64,000 nt of DNA from Felis catus (GCF_018350175.1 NC_058383.1:6448001-6512000); one strand, 5' to 3'; positions 1 to 14,144 are shown, numbered from the stretch's first letter. The notes: generated from the sequence alone by a model not told the origin. Numbers and translations are program-made.

Positions 1-142
1 ATGGGAGACACAGAATCCCAGGCAGGTTCCAGGCTCTGAGCTGACAACACAGAGCCAGATGTGGGGCTTGAACTCATGAGCTATGAGATCATGACCTGAG
101 CCGAAGTCAGACACTTAACTGACTGAGCCACCCAGGCACCCC
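1..142 (-). mobile_element. CAN-SINE (partial at window edge)
   Basis: Reverse complement of GGGGTGCCTGGGTGGCTCAGTCAGTTAAG head ends at 142. Confidence 0.9.
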
Positions 143-352
143 ATCAAAATTAAAAAAAATAAATAAAAATTTAAAAACCTAATGGCAGCCAGACACCCAA
201 AGTGACATGAGAGAAGCAGCCCCATCTCTCAGGGCACTCGTTCCAGCCTACACATGAGCCTTGGCAAAGTGTCCTTGCCTTTCCTACAGCACCCTGGGAA
301 GTCCTGGTTCCCTCCCTCGGTTCCTTCCCGCTCCTCCCTTAGCCAAGCCGCG

Positions 353-562
353 ATGCCTGGTGGATACAAAGGTGAATGTGGGGACGATGTGGACCCGATG
401 CCCTTCCTGGCACCTCCCGAAAAGGAGAGGATAGAAGCCATGAACAAGCCCTATGACATCAAGAGGTCCTGCTGGGTCAAAGACGAGAAGGAGGGCTTCA
501 TCGCTGGGGAGATCCAGTCTGAACAGGGTGACCAGGTCACCGTGAAGACTGTCAACAACCAG
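353..562 (+). CDS. MYH16: MYH16 coding exon 1 (210 nt coding; exon starts 343)
   Basis: Acceptor ccttag at 341-342, gccgcgATG, MPGG...TVNNQ, donor gtgagt at 563. Confidence 0.95.
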
Positions 563-3500
563 GTGAGTGAGGAATAATCTCCAAGGATGAAACTTTGGGA
601 GTGGCAGACACCCAGGTGCTGCCGTCCATGCTTCTGCTCAAGAGGCAGAGTAGAAAGAAGAGTGGATGCCTCTTGGGTCCTCTGTGCCGGGTACAAGTTC
701 AGACTCAACTGCACTCAGACTGTGGCCCTGGGCAAGACACTTCCCCTCTCTGAGCTTTGACTCTCTCCCAATAGAGACTCCAACATGGTAGGGCACATGG
801 AAGTACTTTGTATGTTGCAATAGTCCATTTGTGCACCAGATCGTCAAGGGAGTTGCTTACCTCCAAAGTCCCAAATGGTTTTCAAGTGGAGGAGTGAGGG
901 GAAGCCATCAGCAGGTGCACTATGTGCCCGTGATGGCTTGAGGAGTGTGGGACAGGCCCAGAACACCCTGGCTGGCCTCGGGGGCTCTCCAGCTGTGTGA
1001 GCATAGATGGTGGCTTCAGATCCCCTTGCTGCACGGTGGCAGTGTGCTGGAGCTGGTTTGTCCTAGCTTGTGAGGACACAATGCTAAAACTCCAGGGGCT
1101 TTGCAGCTGCATATTAAACATTTAGCAGCTTGATGTCAACAATGGCAGATGTATGTACACCATGGGAATTGACAAATGGTATAAATCAGGGATTTCTCCC
1201 CATCCCCACCCCCTGTATAGCTGGTTTACCAATACACCGCTCTCTCTGCTGTGTATGACATCACAGTCTCTCACAGTCTCTCACTGTGTCTGACTGGGGG
1301 AATGACTTGAGAGAATGGAAAGTTTGGTTAATTAAACCCCTACCCCACAGCAGACTCCCAGTGAGGCGCTGGACATTTTGTTTAATCCTTTCAAGAATCT
1401 TATGTAGTAGGATTTTAGGAGTTCCTATTTTGCAAAGGATCAAGGAAACCCTAGGTAACTTGCCCATAGTCACAAAGACAGCAAATGATGAACTCAGATT
1501 CAAGCCTAGCTGTATCTGGCTCGAACACCCGTATGCCCCCACATCACCACATCACCTCTCCATGGTGGGCTATGCAGCAGGAGCGTGAGGCGGTCTTTGG
1601 TCACGGTCGGGAATACATGAGACCAGAGACCTTGTGTGATCACAACTTGTGGCATCTGAGCCTCGTGCTTTGTTTTGCTTCCAGGGGAGTGCAGGAGGGA
1701 GATGAGGCCATCGCTGGGTTCAAGCGAGTTGGAACATGAAAGTCCAGCTCACTTCTCCAGAGAACCTACTTTTCAGCAGGGCAGAGCATTGCAGTGTTAT
1801 AAGGAGAGTGTGGAGCCCCGGAGGCCCCTGTCTAGATACACGTTAAGGACAGCACGTAACTTCTGTGTGAATCCGCAGGTTTGGGACAGAAAGACTGACT
1901 CACCTGGCTTCTGAGATCAAGGCAAAGGCCTCTGTCCTGTGCTGGAGCTGAGAGAGAAGTGTCTGCCTGAGGGCGAGGCCCAGAGATCTGGGAACTCCGG
2001 GGAAATGGACTCTGAATAGAACCCAGCTTGATTTACTAGGGGGCGTGGTGACCATTAGTGGGTAGATTTTCCAGAACTGTCAAGGTTTCAAATTATCTGC
2101 CTATTGGACTCATAAATTATTAAAAGTCCCAGAAAGCCCAGTATGTGTTCAAGCCTCCCATGTCAGGCTGTAGGCAGCTCAAAGATGTTTGTTTTCTGGA
2201 TCACATGTCTTGAGCTTCGGTCCCAGAGGCTGGAACTTAAGAGCTGCTGCTAGTTTTCATTTACAGATTAAGAAATTGGGGCGCGGAGGGGGGACGGGAT
2301 TTGCCTGCCATGCATAGGCGCTCCAGACTCCCAACCCTGTGCTATCCTCACCCTGACACATGTACTGCTCAGCACTCATTGTTGTCTTTTTTTTTTTTTT
2401 TTTTTTGTCTTGTCTTGTTTGCTTGCTTGCTTTCAATTTTATCTTTCAAAGTGGCTTGGTGGATTGGTAGGAGCAGGGAAATGTCTTTTTCTTTTCTTTT
2501 TTTTTTTTTTAATTTTTTTTTCAACGTTTATTTATTTTTGGGACAGAGAGAGACAGAGCATGAACGGGGGAGGGACAGAGAGAGAGGGGGACACAGAATC
2601 GGAAACAGGCTCCAGGCTCTGAGCCATCACCCCAGAGCCTGATGAGGGGCTCGAACTCACAGACCGCGAGATCGTGACCCGGCTGAAGTCGGACGCTTAA
2701 CCGACTGCGCCACCCAGGCGCCCCTCTTTTTTTTTTTTTTTAATGAAAAAGTTCACTGCTGTTTAGAAACCACCACCAATTCTCAAGGCAGAGATCCAAG
2801 AATCACACCTCTGCAAAGTGTCCCCGGGATCAAAGAGCAAGTTCTGATCAGCTATCAGAATGGACTTGGTGGGAAGAGAAGCAGAGCCCAGAGGTGCTCT
2901 GAATTTAGGAATGGGACTTGATAGCTCATAAGGTATTTTAGACGCTCCCACTTACGTTAATATAATTCTCACAGCAACCAGCTGAGGAAGCTTCTGTCAT
3001 CCCTATTTCATAGGGGAGGCAGTTACGGCTCATATGGCCTTGGAGGTCCCTCCCCAGCCCAAGCTGCCCAGTGATGGCTGGACCAGGAGTTGGGCGCAAT
3101 GGTCACCTGACTCTAGCTCCTTCCAGGATACCAGAGAGTATGGGGTACGTTGTGCCAGAAGCCCATATGGCTGTTGACAGTATTATTTCCTAATTCCTGC
3201 TGCGTCTTGACACTCCCCTCACCCAGACTGTCACTGTGAAGAAGGATGATGTTCAGCAGATGAACCCGCCCAAATTCTACCAAGCCAACGACATGGCGGA
3301 CATGACTTTCTTGAATGAGGCCAGCGTCCTGAACAACCTGCGCCAACGCTACACCAACATGAGGATCTATGTGAGTGTCTGGGGCTGGGGTTGGGGATGA
3401 GGGGTGACTGCGGATCTTCTGCCCCTCTCCTGATGGGAAGGGCACAGCTGCTCCTCTACCTTCCCAGCAACCAACACACAGTATGGCTCAGACAAGGGCA

Positions 3501-6500
3501 CAGGGACCATGCTCTTGACACGTTAGAACTTCCACTCCAAGCCTTTGATGTCTCCGTGACGGTGCCATCTCATGGGCAGCTTAAATACCTTTTGCTGAGG
3601 TTGTTATCCAGAAGTCTTCCTCCCCACCACACCCCTGCAAACTCTCCAATCAAAACATCATTTTCCCCCCTGATGACTTCACACAGCCTTGTTAGATGTC
3701 ACCCCTTGTCCGTCCGTCCGTCCATCCATCCACCTGCTGTCTGCCTTACCCCCACCCTGAGACAGGGCTGGCGGGAAAGAGTGACTCAGCACCAGGAGTT
3801 CCAGGGTAACACGCTGTGTGTCATACTCTCAACTCCTTAAGTGGGTTCTCTCTATCTCATCTTTGTTTCTCTTTCTCGGGATCACTTCCTATGTAATAAG
3901 ATATCTTTTAAAACTCATTATGTATATCACAGCTATGCTAAGAAGAAGCTGGGGCAGGGTGGGTGTTTATTCCCATCTAGGCCGAAGTGGAAGATTTCAG
4001 TTCAACTGAAAAGAGGCACGGGGGCGGTGGGCAGGAGTATCAGGTTGATGCGAGTGTCCAGCAAGGAGAAGGATAGTTTGGGGCTCATGGATGGGGACCC
4101 ACAGATTTGGCCTCACTTATTCTGCCCTCACTTATTCTCCCCTCAGACAACTTCTTCTACTACCTCATTGGTTTTTCTGATTTTTTTTTCTTTTCAATGG
4201 GTTGATTTCCTTATAAAATTGCCTTATAATGAAAAGAGAAGCTGGCATCTCTTCTTAAGAGTAGATCAAACCCCGCTGTCCGCCAGGAGGGGTCGTGTCC
4301 ACACAGGGAGCACTTCGCAGCTGTTAAAACACCACAGAGGTCTCTCTGTGAACACTCACGCAAAATCTCCCAGATGTATTAAATGGAAAAAGCAAGATAT
4401 AGAACAGTATTATAGAGAGCTATCTTTTGTTTTAAAAACAAGAAGGGAGCAATAAGAATGTATCCCTGGGTTTGTATGTATATGCAACAGAAACCACAGA
4501 AGGCAGGTATTAGAAATTAACACCATGTTTACCTGTGTGTGGGAGGAGGAGGGGAGCAATGTGTGTTGGTGGGGGTGGGGGCGGGCTTTCTGCTGCCTAT
4601 TTGTCCATACGAATTACTATGTTATCTATCCAAATAATTAAACCAAAATAAAATGAGACACATACATATGAAAGAGAAAGATGGCTTTGCTTACTGAATA
4701 GACGCTCAGACATAGATTTTGCATCCAGAGGGGACACCATTGTATCCCTCTAGGCTGGCAGTGACCTCCAGCCAGGCTGCTCCAGGGCAGGCTAGGGCCT
4801 GGAAGGAAGAGGGCACCAGGAGGAAAGGCCAGCTAACTGTCTCCCTTCCCTCCCACCAGACCTACTCAGGCTTGTTCTGTGTGACAGTCAACCCCTACAA
4901 GTGGCTGCCCATCTACGGGGCCCGCGTGGCCAACATGTACAAAGGCAAAAAGCGCACAGAGATGCCACCCCACCTCTTCTCCATCTCTGACAATGCCTAC
5001 CATGACATGCTCATGAGTGAGTGGGCTGGGGGCTGCCGGGGCTCTTGGGGTGGGCAACAAAAGTTCTTTTGCCACTGGCTCCAAATGCATGAGAACCATG
5101 GGCTACCCAGTCCCAACCTGGACCCCATGCCACCTGCTGAAGTTCTTTGCTAAAGTGTTGAGCAGCAGCACGTGATGCTAACACTGGGTACCAGGGCTCA
5201 GTGAGGGTGCTTGCCAAGTACTGGCCCTACCTCACACCCCATCTCATTTAAGCTTCACAAAACACACAGATGCCAGGTTAAGCGACTTGCCCAGAGTTCA
5301 AGCCAACACTTAACCATTCCCTGTAGGACTCTGGCATGTGGCACAGCGGCTGGTGAAGCAATTTCTGTTATGTTGCTAATGACTTGGTAGCTAGCTATAC
5401 GGGATGGGGCTGGTGGAAAGAGTGGCTGGTAAATTCTTGGCCCTTCTACAAACATGCATGCTAGAGAAGGGGACTCCACAGGATCTGGGGGCTTTGGCCT
5501 CTGCTGGTCACTGCAGCCCACCTCCAAGCTGGGTGGGATGCAGGGAGATGCAGACTGTTCGGCCAGGGCGATGTCAAATGTCTAGTTCCTAAGTGATTCC
5601 TAATTACATCTTCCTGTTGCCGTTTTCTCCCCTGCAGATCGTGAAAATCAGTCTATGCTAATCACGTAAGTGTCCCTTCTGTCTCTCGGTCTATATACAT
5701 ATAATTAGGTCTGTGTCTTACACATGTAATTAAGCCTTCTTGGAATTAATTGGTGGGGCTTGGTATGGAAATCTGCAGGCTGTGAATGGGCTTAGCAGGA
5801 CCTTAAGGCTGCACTTGTGAAACTGAGGCTGGGGGGCGGGGGGTCTGTGTCCCCACTCCCCCACCTTTGTGTCCCGGCTGAGGGATGAATCATGGCAACA
5901 CTCAGCCTCCACCGCTTATTGCTTTGCTTCTCTGCAGCCAAGCCCCTCCCTGCACTTCACTCTGCTCCTATTATCCATTTGCAGTGGAGAATCCGGTGCT
6001 GGCAAGACTGAGAACACGAAGAAGGTCATCCAGTACTTTGCCAATGTTGGGGGAACTGGCAAACAGTCCTCGGATGGAAAGGTAGGGCTGATGGGCGGAC
6101 TCAGAGTCTGTCACCCCAGCCCACCCTGTCTTCAGGCACACGCAGGGGGGCACACACGGGGGGCACACACAGGGGAGCACACACAGGGGGGCACACACAG
6201 AAAGCACACACAGGAGGGCATACATAGGAGGCGCACACAGGAGGACACACACAGGGGGACACACACAGGAGAGCACACATGCAGAACCCATGTGACCCTC
6301 ATAGGTGTCCTGGGGTTGGGGCCATTTTACAGAGGAGGAGGCATCTTGGAGAGAAGGGTAGGAAGGACCACATTGGGAGGAGGAGGCCGCAGACCTGGGC
6401 CTCCCCCTACAGGATGTATTCTGCTGCCCCCCCCCTTCATGTCTGTCCCCAGAGGGGTAGGTGGCAGAGCCATTTGTGCCTGGCAGGGGAGGATGGGGGA

Positions 6501-9500
6501 CATCAGCTCCTCATCAGCTGCTTCCACAGGCCCCCGTGGCCCCGGGGCCCAAGGAGCAATAGCCGGGCCAGGGGCAGCTACAAAAGCCAACAAAGGAAAG
6601 GCTCATGAGGAAGACCAGGGATGCCCAGGGAAGGGTTTTCAGGCTCACTCTGGAGTCTCTCCAGCACCAGCTAAGAATCAGGGCCTGTCATCTGACAGGT
6701 GGCCGTCCGGTGTCAGGGCCATAGTGGGATGGTCATCAGGGGGTGGCCCTCTTCACAGGTTCCTTCCTGCCCTGATTTCCAGGCCTCCCCAAGGCCATTC
6801 CCCTCCTGGTTCCCAGCTCACAAGCCAGAGTCATTTGAAAGCCCTGAATCCCCAGGCAGCACCCAACTTTGTGTGTGTGTCTCTCTCTGGGCCAGGGGTC
6901 CCTGGAGGATCAAATCATCCAGGCAAACCCTGTACTGGAGGCTTTTGGGAACGCCAAGACCATCAGAAACAACAACTCTTCTCGCTTCGTAAGTGTGAAC
7001 AACGACAACAGTGGCCCCTGGGGGTGGTGGGACAGGTGCCATTACCCTATTCCAGGTAAGCAAATTGGGGCTGATTTAAGCATGCAAATGGAATGAGGCA
7101 AGTCACAGCATCTCCTTCCCAGAGAGTTTTAAGGCCTTATCTGTCAAGGTCTACATCACACATAGCCCACATCAGTATTGAAATCAAAGAGCTTGAATGC
7201 AGAGACTTGGTAACAGGGTGATGAGGGGCTGCGAAGTCAGACGGGGGAGCCAGAGATTCACGGCGGCTGGAAGCTGTGGACAGCTCTCCCCATCCCCCCA
7301 GCTGCAGACAACTCTGCCCATCCCCCTGCCGGAGGGATGCAGGAAGGGTGCCTTCCATCCGAAGGGCCCTGGTGGATTCTGGAACCAGCTCAGCTCTCTT
7401 GTGGGACCTCTACCGGGGCACTTCCTTCCTGGTTCCCAGTCTCCTGCTGGGGGGCCCCTCATTACCAGGGTGCTGGCGGGGAGCCTAGGTAAACAGGGCT
7501 GGGTAGGGAGGAAGTGGAGGCAGGTGAGGAATAGAGGTGAGCAGATGGGCCAGGAGCAGCAGAGGCAGAGACACAGAGAAGCCTCTTTCCAGGAGAATTT
7601 ATTGGTGGTTCTGCTAAAGGGCAGGGAGAGGAATGTGGTGTCTCAATAAAGAGACTCAGTAGCGTGCCCCCCACGCCCGCTGGTCAAATTCTCACCATGC
7701 CTGCCTCTAAGCTGACTTTCCAGTGATCCCAGTCCCTCCTGCTGGTGCTCCTCTCCCCACAAATACCCTGTGGGGTTACCCCACCGACCTTAAATTTAGC
7801 TCCAAGCCCCATCTAACTCCTCTGCACGGGAAATCCGCGGCTCCACGTACAGCCATGTCTGGCCCAGTTACATTCCAAACAGCGCCCTTGGAACTCAGGG
7901 GGGCTGCCAGCGGGGGACTGTGGCCAAACCCGGCCCACGTGTTGGTCTAGCACCACACGCGTCCTCCCTCACGGCCCTTTCCTCCGTGCTCAGGGCAAGT
8001 TCATCCGAATCCACTTCGGAACTACAGGCAAACTGGCTGGAGCGGACATCGAGAGCTGTGAGTCAGGCCCCTTTGGAGGGTTCTTCTGGGAGGGACCAGC
8101 TGCATAACATGTGGGGCCCGGGGTAAAATGAAAATGAGAGGCTCCTTTTTAAAAAAAAAAAAAAGGATTTAAGAATTTGGGGTGCCTGGGTGGCTCAGTC
8201 GATTAAGCGTCAGACTTCGGCTCGGGTTATGATCTCACGGTTTATGAGTTCGAGCCCCGCATCGAGCCCACTTTGGATCCTCTGTCCCCCTCTATCTCTG
8301 CCCCCCCCAAGTAGTTTTCTCTCTCTCTCTGTCTCTCTCTCTGTCTCTCTCTGTCTCTCTCTCTCTCACACACACACACACAATAAATAAACTTAAAAAA
8401 AAAAGTTTTTAAGAATTTCAAAACAGCAACAGAGGAACATGAAACGGGGCAGGGCCCTTCTGAAGGCAGCCTGCTGTCTCATGCCCAGGGGGCTGGCCCT
8501 TCTCCCCCCGGGGGTCCCCTCCGTGGGCAGTGAGGCCCCCAGAAGCTGTGTCTGGGGTGGAGAAAATGGCCCCTGAGCTGGCTATCGCATGGGACTGTAC
8601 GGAGAGGGGAGCCCTTCTGCGATGGCACCCTGCACCCCAGACAGCATGGGTCTGTGTTCATGTTCCTGTACTTCCTCCTCTCCAGATCTCTTAGAGAAAT
8701 CTCGTGTCATCTCCCAGCAAGCAGCTGAGAGGGGCTACCACATCTTCTACCAGATTCTCTCTAACAAGAAGCCTGAACTTATTGGTAAAGATCGTGATGT
8801 CTGTCCACCTGCCCCTTAACTTGCTTCTCCTCTCGTTTCAGTAACAAACAGACTCCCGAACGCAGAGGGTCTGGTGCCATCCCTTGTGGTTCTGCATGAA
8901 TTTCTTACAGTTGTGTGCATAGGCTACAGGGAACTTGCCTGAGGTTCTCCTCACGTCTCCTCTTCACAACAGCCTCATGAGACTTAGCACCGCTGTTGGC
9001 CCATACCACAGACGAGGCTTTGGAATGCCTGCAACTCAGGGCCGAGACACAGACCCGAGATATGGGGCTTGCACCTGCTGCCTCTGGGCCCAGAGCTAGA
9101 CAGGAGCAGAGATGTCAGCCCAGGACCGTTGCACATGCAATAACAAGAGGCTCCCCTCTAGGTGGACAGAGCCCACAGAGTGCATAGTCTGATGAGCAGA
9201 GTATACTCACTCACCTAGATGCTCTTGTGCAGGCACCAACCTGCTCAACTGTTCATGGCAGACCTGCTCAGGGTATAAAGTCAGGGGAGAGATGAAGACT
9301 CCTCTTCCACACACACACACACACCTTCTAACCCCACCAAAGACTAGGGACCTCTCCCCACTCACAAGTGGGCTTTATTTGTGTTGGACACACTGTCCCT
9401 TTTAATTAACGGACGGCATTTTGAAATTGGAAGACTTCACATAAAACAAAACAAAACAAATCACCACCCTTGGATTTGAGGCCACTGGCTTGTTGATAAA

Positions 9501-12500
9501 CTCACAAGCGTGGGTAGTGTGCTCCATGAGGGGCAAGTCTTTCACTGACAACACTAGGGTCTCTGAACCAATGAGTGGAATTTGATAGTAATCCCTGTTA
9601 TAAGTAAAACAAGACAAAACAAAAAACATCACCGACTTCTTGTTTCTCTGAAGTTATAGAAGATCCAGCAGCCATGGTCCTGCCCTCCCACACGGCTCCA
9701 ATCAAGGCAGTTGGATGGTGGTGGCCCCTTCAGATGGGGCTCAAGCTCTCCTGGTTGCCACACTCCCCACCAAGCCCCACTGCATCCCTGACCCTCGAGC
9801 AGGGTGACCGCCCACATTTATCTTCCTTCTTGGGCTCTAGTTTTTCTCAACAGCAGAGATGAAGGAAAATGAAAGTATTTCTTGCACCAACGTCTCCTCC
9901 AAAAGCAGAAAAACAAAGACAGATCAAGAGGGGCACACATTTGAGGAAAAATCGAAGTGTGTATCTTTCTTTGTAAAAGCACAATCTTCACGCTTCTTAC
10001 GTGCCAGTGATTGTTATTGCCTGCTGCAATCACTGTGTTACCTTCTGCCTTAGAATGTAAATGGCTTTTTCTAGGGGAGAGGAAGGGGAAAATAAATAGG
10101 AATTAATTTATTCCCCAAGTATCTACAGGGCGCCCAGGAGGTGCCAGGTACTGGGCCAAGTGATGGAGGACACAACCAAGCTCCCGAGACCCTCTTGCTG
10201 TCCTAAAACTCCTCATGAGCCCTTTTCAAATCTCTCCATGACTCTGGGTGATCCCCGAGGGTAGGGATCATATCTTATTCAGCTCTGTAGCCCCATGATG
10301 CCCCCTGCATCATGCCGGGCACATGAGAGGCATTTAGGGGATACGGCTTAGAAAGGAAAGAGAAGAAAACCGCAGGTCACCAAGCTGCTAATCTGCTTTC
10401 CTGCTCTTGGCAGAGACTTTGCTGCTGGTCCCCAACCCTAAGGAGTACCACTGGGTGAGCCAGGGCGTCACAGTGGTGGAGAACATGGACGACGGCGAAG
10501 AGCTGCAGATCACAGACGTGAGTGGGTGGGCGTGGCCGGCACACCACAGGGACAGCCAAGACGGAAACTGTGGGGCCCTGCATGCGCTGCCACTGGAATC
10601 GGGGTGGGGCCACCCGGAGCAGCCAGGCAGCGGCCCAGATTCTCCCCCCCGGGGGTCTCCCGGGCTGCAGCTGGCTCTTCTCTCCCGCCCGTCACAGCAA
10701 GCAGACTTGAACTAGGATTCCACAGAACCTAAGGGGCCATCTGCTTCACGTCCTGGCTAGAAGTGACCCTCCAGTCTCTTAAGTTCCCACCGCACCCTCT
10801 CTCTCTCTCTCTCCTCTTCTCACTCCAAGCACCTGTAACTTCTGTTAGGGTATTTGTGTCCACTCTCCTCTTTGATGGTAGAATTGATTCGTGATGCATC
10901 TTGGCCTTTCCCTCTCCCAGGACCTAGCATGAAGCCTGAACAGTAATAATGATGGTAATAATAATGCCACCTCCAATGTGTTATTGTGTATCTAATTCTC
11001 ACTGTGTGTGAAGTAATGGCCTAAACATTTACACATCATTTCAGTTTATCCTTATGACCACCTACTATCCCCATTTTGCAGATGAGTAAACAGAGGCCGG
11101 GGAGGTTAGATAAACACAAATGACTATAGTGCAGAGCCCCTGGGAGGAAAACAGACCTGTCTCTGGCCAGGGTGTGTCTGACCTCCAGAGCCCACACCGT
11201 ATCGCAGTGGCCCATCAGGGCCAGCCCGCAACTGCAGTGCCGTGGCCTCTGTTCTGTGGAACGAGAAGCCAGGAGTTTCTTGCCTTTCTCTTCCCTGTGG
11301 ACTTGCAGGTTGCCTTTGACGTGCTGGGCTTCAGCGCCGACGAAAAGATTGGCATTTATAAGCTGACCGGGGGCATCATGCATTTTGGCAACATGAAGTT
11401 CAAGCAGAAGCCCAGAGAGGAGCAGGCTGAAGTGGACACCACGGAGGGTAGGTGTTTGGCTGTTCAGGGAGGAGGCAGCACCAGTGGCGGGGGCTCACAG
11501 ATCTCTGAGGCTTTGTGAACATTTCAGAGACATGCTATAAACCAAGAATGTTCCTTGGATGTCCAGACATCAATAATCTCAGAGAGACAGGACAGAGAGT
11601 CAGAGCCATAGTTTCGGTTTCTTTACTCTGCTTTGCCACTTGACCTTGAGCGAGTGTGGAAACCATCTCAGACCTCTGTTTTCTCATTGGCAACACGGGG
11701 TCTCTGCCACCCTGCCCCCACCCCCTTCCCTAAACACAATAGATGGTGCCGGGCTTCTCCGGGGCAGGGCATCATCTTTCTTTCACTCGCCTGCTTTTTC
11801 TGTCCCTACTCAGTGGCTGACAAAGTTGCCCATCTCATGGGTCTCAATTCCGGGGAGCTCCAGAAGGGCATCACCAGGCCCCGGGTCAAAGTAGGCAATG
11901 AGTTTGTGCAGAAGGGCCAGAATATGGAACAGTGCCACAACTCCATCGGGGCTCTGGGCAAGGCCGTCTATGACAAGATGTTCAAGTGGCTGGTGGTCAG
12001 GATCAACAAGACCTTGGACACCAAGATGCAGAGGCAATTCTTCATCGGCGTGCTGGACATCGCTGGCTTCGAGATCTTTGAGGTGTGCCTGCCCTGGCAT
12101 TCTGTTTCTGCTTTGGGGTGGCCATTTTTCTTCCAGAAGCTACTTCTCACCGTGGTTCTCTGGTTTCTCATCTCGGACCTGGGGCGGGCCAATCTCAGTT
12201 ATTTGCTCTTTATTTATTTATTTAGAGGGGGAGGGAGGGAGAGAGCGAGTGAGCAAGCTGATGTACCAGCACAACACTGGTGACCTCTCACCTTTTTCCT
12301 ACACAAGAGAGACTCGGGTCTCATCCCAGGCTAGTGCAGTGGGTGAGGAATATTTTAGCTTTGTAACTGAAGGCCGCATGATTAGGAGTCGGTCGATCTG
12401 GTTCTGGACTCAGGTTGGCCATCAACTAGCTATGTGGCCTTAGGAAAGTAGCTATCCCTCTCTGAGCCTCAGTTTTCTCAAGTCTAAAATGAACCAACGG

Positions 12501-14144
12501 GGAGAGATGATCTATAAAGTCCATTTCACTCCACTGTCCTATTATTTTAAGAATTTCTACTGGCCACAGATGGATTAAAAAAAAAAAAAAAAGCTTACCC
12601 CAATTTTTTTCAGGCACTAAAAGGCTAATTTGGCTGCCATTTCCAAGAGAGTCATTTAATTTCGTAGGTAGAAGGAGGCTTAGAGTTTCTGGACTGTGCT
12701 CCCTGGTATCCTGGGGAGCCACTGAGAGCCAGCAGGGGAGGGACGAGAGGAAGGGAGGATGACATGTGCCAACAGCAAAGTGTGTGCTATAGACAAACAG
12801 GGTTCGAATCCCATCTTGGGCCACTTCCAAGCCGTGTGCCTCTGTTTCTCCACGTATTAATGGGGACACTAATCATTCTTGCCTCGTCAGGTTTCGAGCA
12901 GAGGCATCTCAGTGCAGGGTCTAGCACGTGTGTGTGCTCTGGGACTACAATGGCACCTCTGCTTTAGCCTGGGGTTTCATCAAGAGAAAGCACTCTCTGG
13001 TTTTTTGTTAAAGGCTTGTAAACCCCTCAAGCCCTTTCATCCTACAGATGAGGATTAAAAAAACTACACACAGAGAGAGAACTGTCCAAAGGCACACAGC
13101 AGGGCAGAATCCATAAAGCCTCTCAAATGATTTCTATCCTGGAAAAAAAAATGATTCTTTCCGCAATGATTTTCTTTTCCTTTCTTTTTTAAGTTTATTT
13201 ATTTTGAGAGAGAGAGAGCACAAGCAGGGGAGGGACAGAGAGAGGGAGAGAGAATCTCAAACAGGCTCCGCACTGTCAGTGCACAGCCTGATGTGGGACT
13301 CAAACTCACGAACTGTGAGATCATGACCTGAGCTCAGATCAAGAGTCGGGAGGCTTAACCAACTGCGCCACCCAGGCGCCCCTCCATAATGATTTTCATT
13401 AACTACAGGAGATGGCATCCGAGGTTTGGGCGCCCCCTGTCCTCCCCTTCCCTCCTACTTCCCTCTGCCCCCCTCTGCCCCCACCCTCCTCTGCAGGTGA
13501 TAAGCTGCTCTATGCCTTTGCAGGGGATGGTCACCGAGAAGGGCTTCTTGCAGGGCTGATGCAGCACCGTCCCAGGGTCAGCATTCAGGCATCTGGGCAG
13601 CGCCTGACGCTAGTTGGCCCTCGGCAAATTTGAGCTCTGCTTGTCACTTGTCCCTCAGTCCCGGCCCCCGGGAGGCTCTGTCTGGGTCCCGGCTGACACC
13701 CTGCTCTCTGCCCTCCTCCTCNNNNNNNNNNNNNNNNNNNNNNNNNNNNNNNNNNNNNNNNNNNNNNNNNNNNNNNNNNNNNNNNNNNNNNNNNNNNNNN
13801 NNNNNNNNNNNNNNNNNNNNNNNNNNNNNNNNNNNNNNNNNNNNNNNNNNNNNNNNNNNNNNNNNNNNNNNNCTGCATTGATCTCCTGGAAAAGGTAACT
13901 CGCTGCTCAGAGGAGGGGCTTCAAGAGAGAGGCCAGGACCCTGATCAGGGCTTGCCCCTCAGAAGGGGACTTCACGGGAACCCACAGGGAAATGACACCA
14001 GCAACACCACTAATGACCTTGGTTGGTCTGACCTCTAGCTTCCTCTCTGCAAAATGGGTACAACAGTGATTGCAATGGTCACCATTAGTTGGGCTGTTGT
14101 ATGCCTCAACTCATTGGATCATCACAAGCTACCATATATATGGC

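Noticed and set aside
900-1200. Cluster of E-box hexamers in intron 1 as a possible muscle enhancer
   Set aside because: CANNTG is frequent by chance, there is no clear MEF2/CArG partner, and conservation cannot be assessed here.
4111-4145. Short tandem duplications (15 bp here; 18 bp near 45852; 14 bp near 19857)
   Set aside because: Ordinary slippage duplications, not arrays.
3841-4455. 204-aa ORF in intron 2
   Set aside because: Non-ATG start, no recognisable domain, overlaps degenerate repeat-like sequence.
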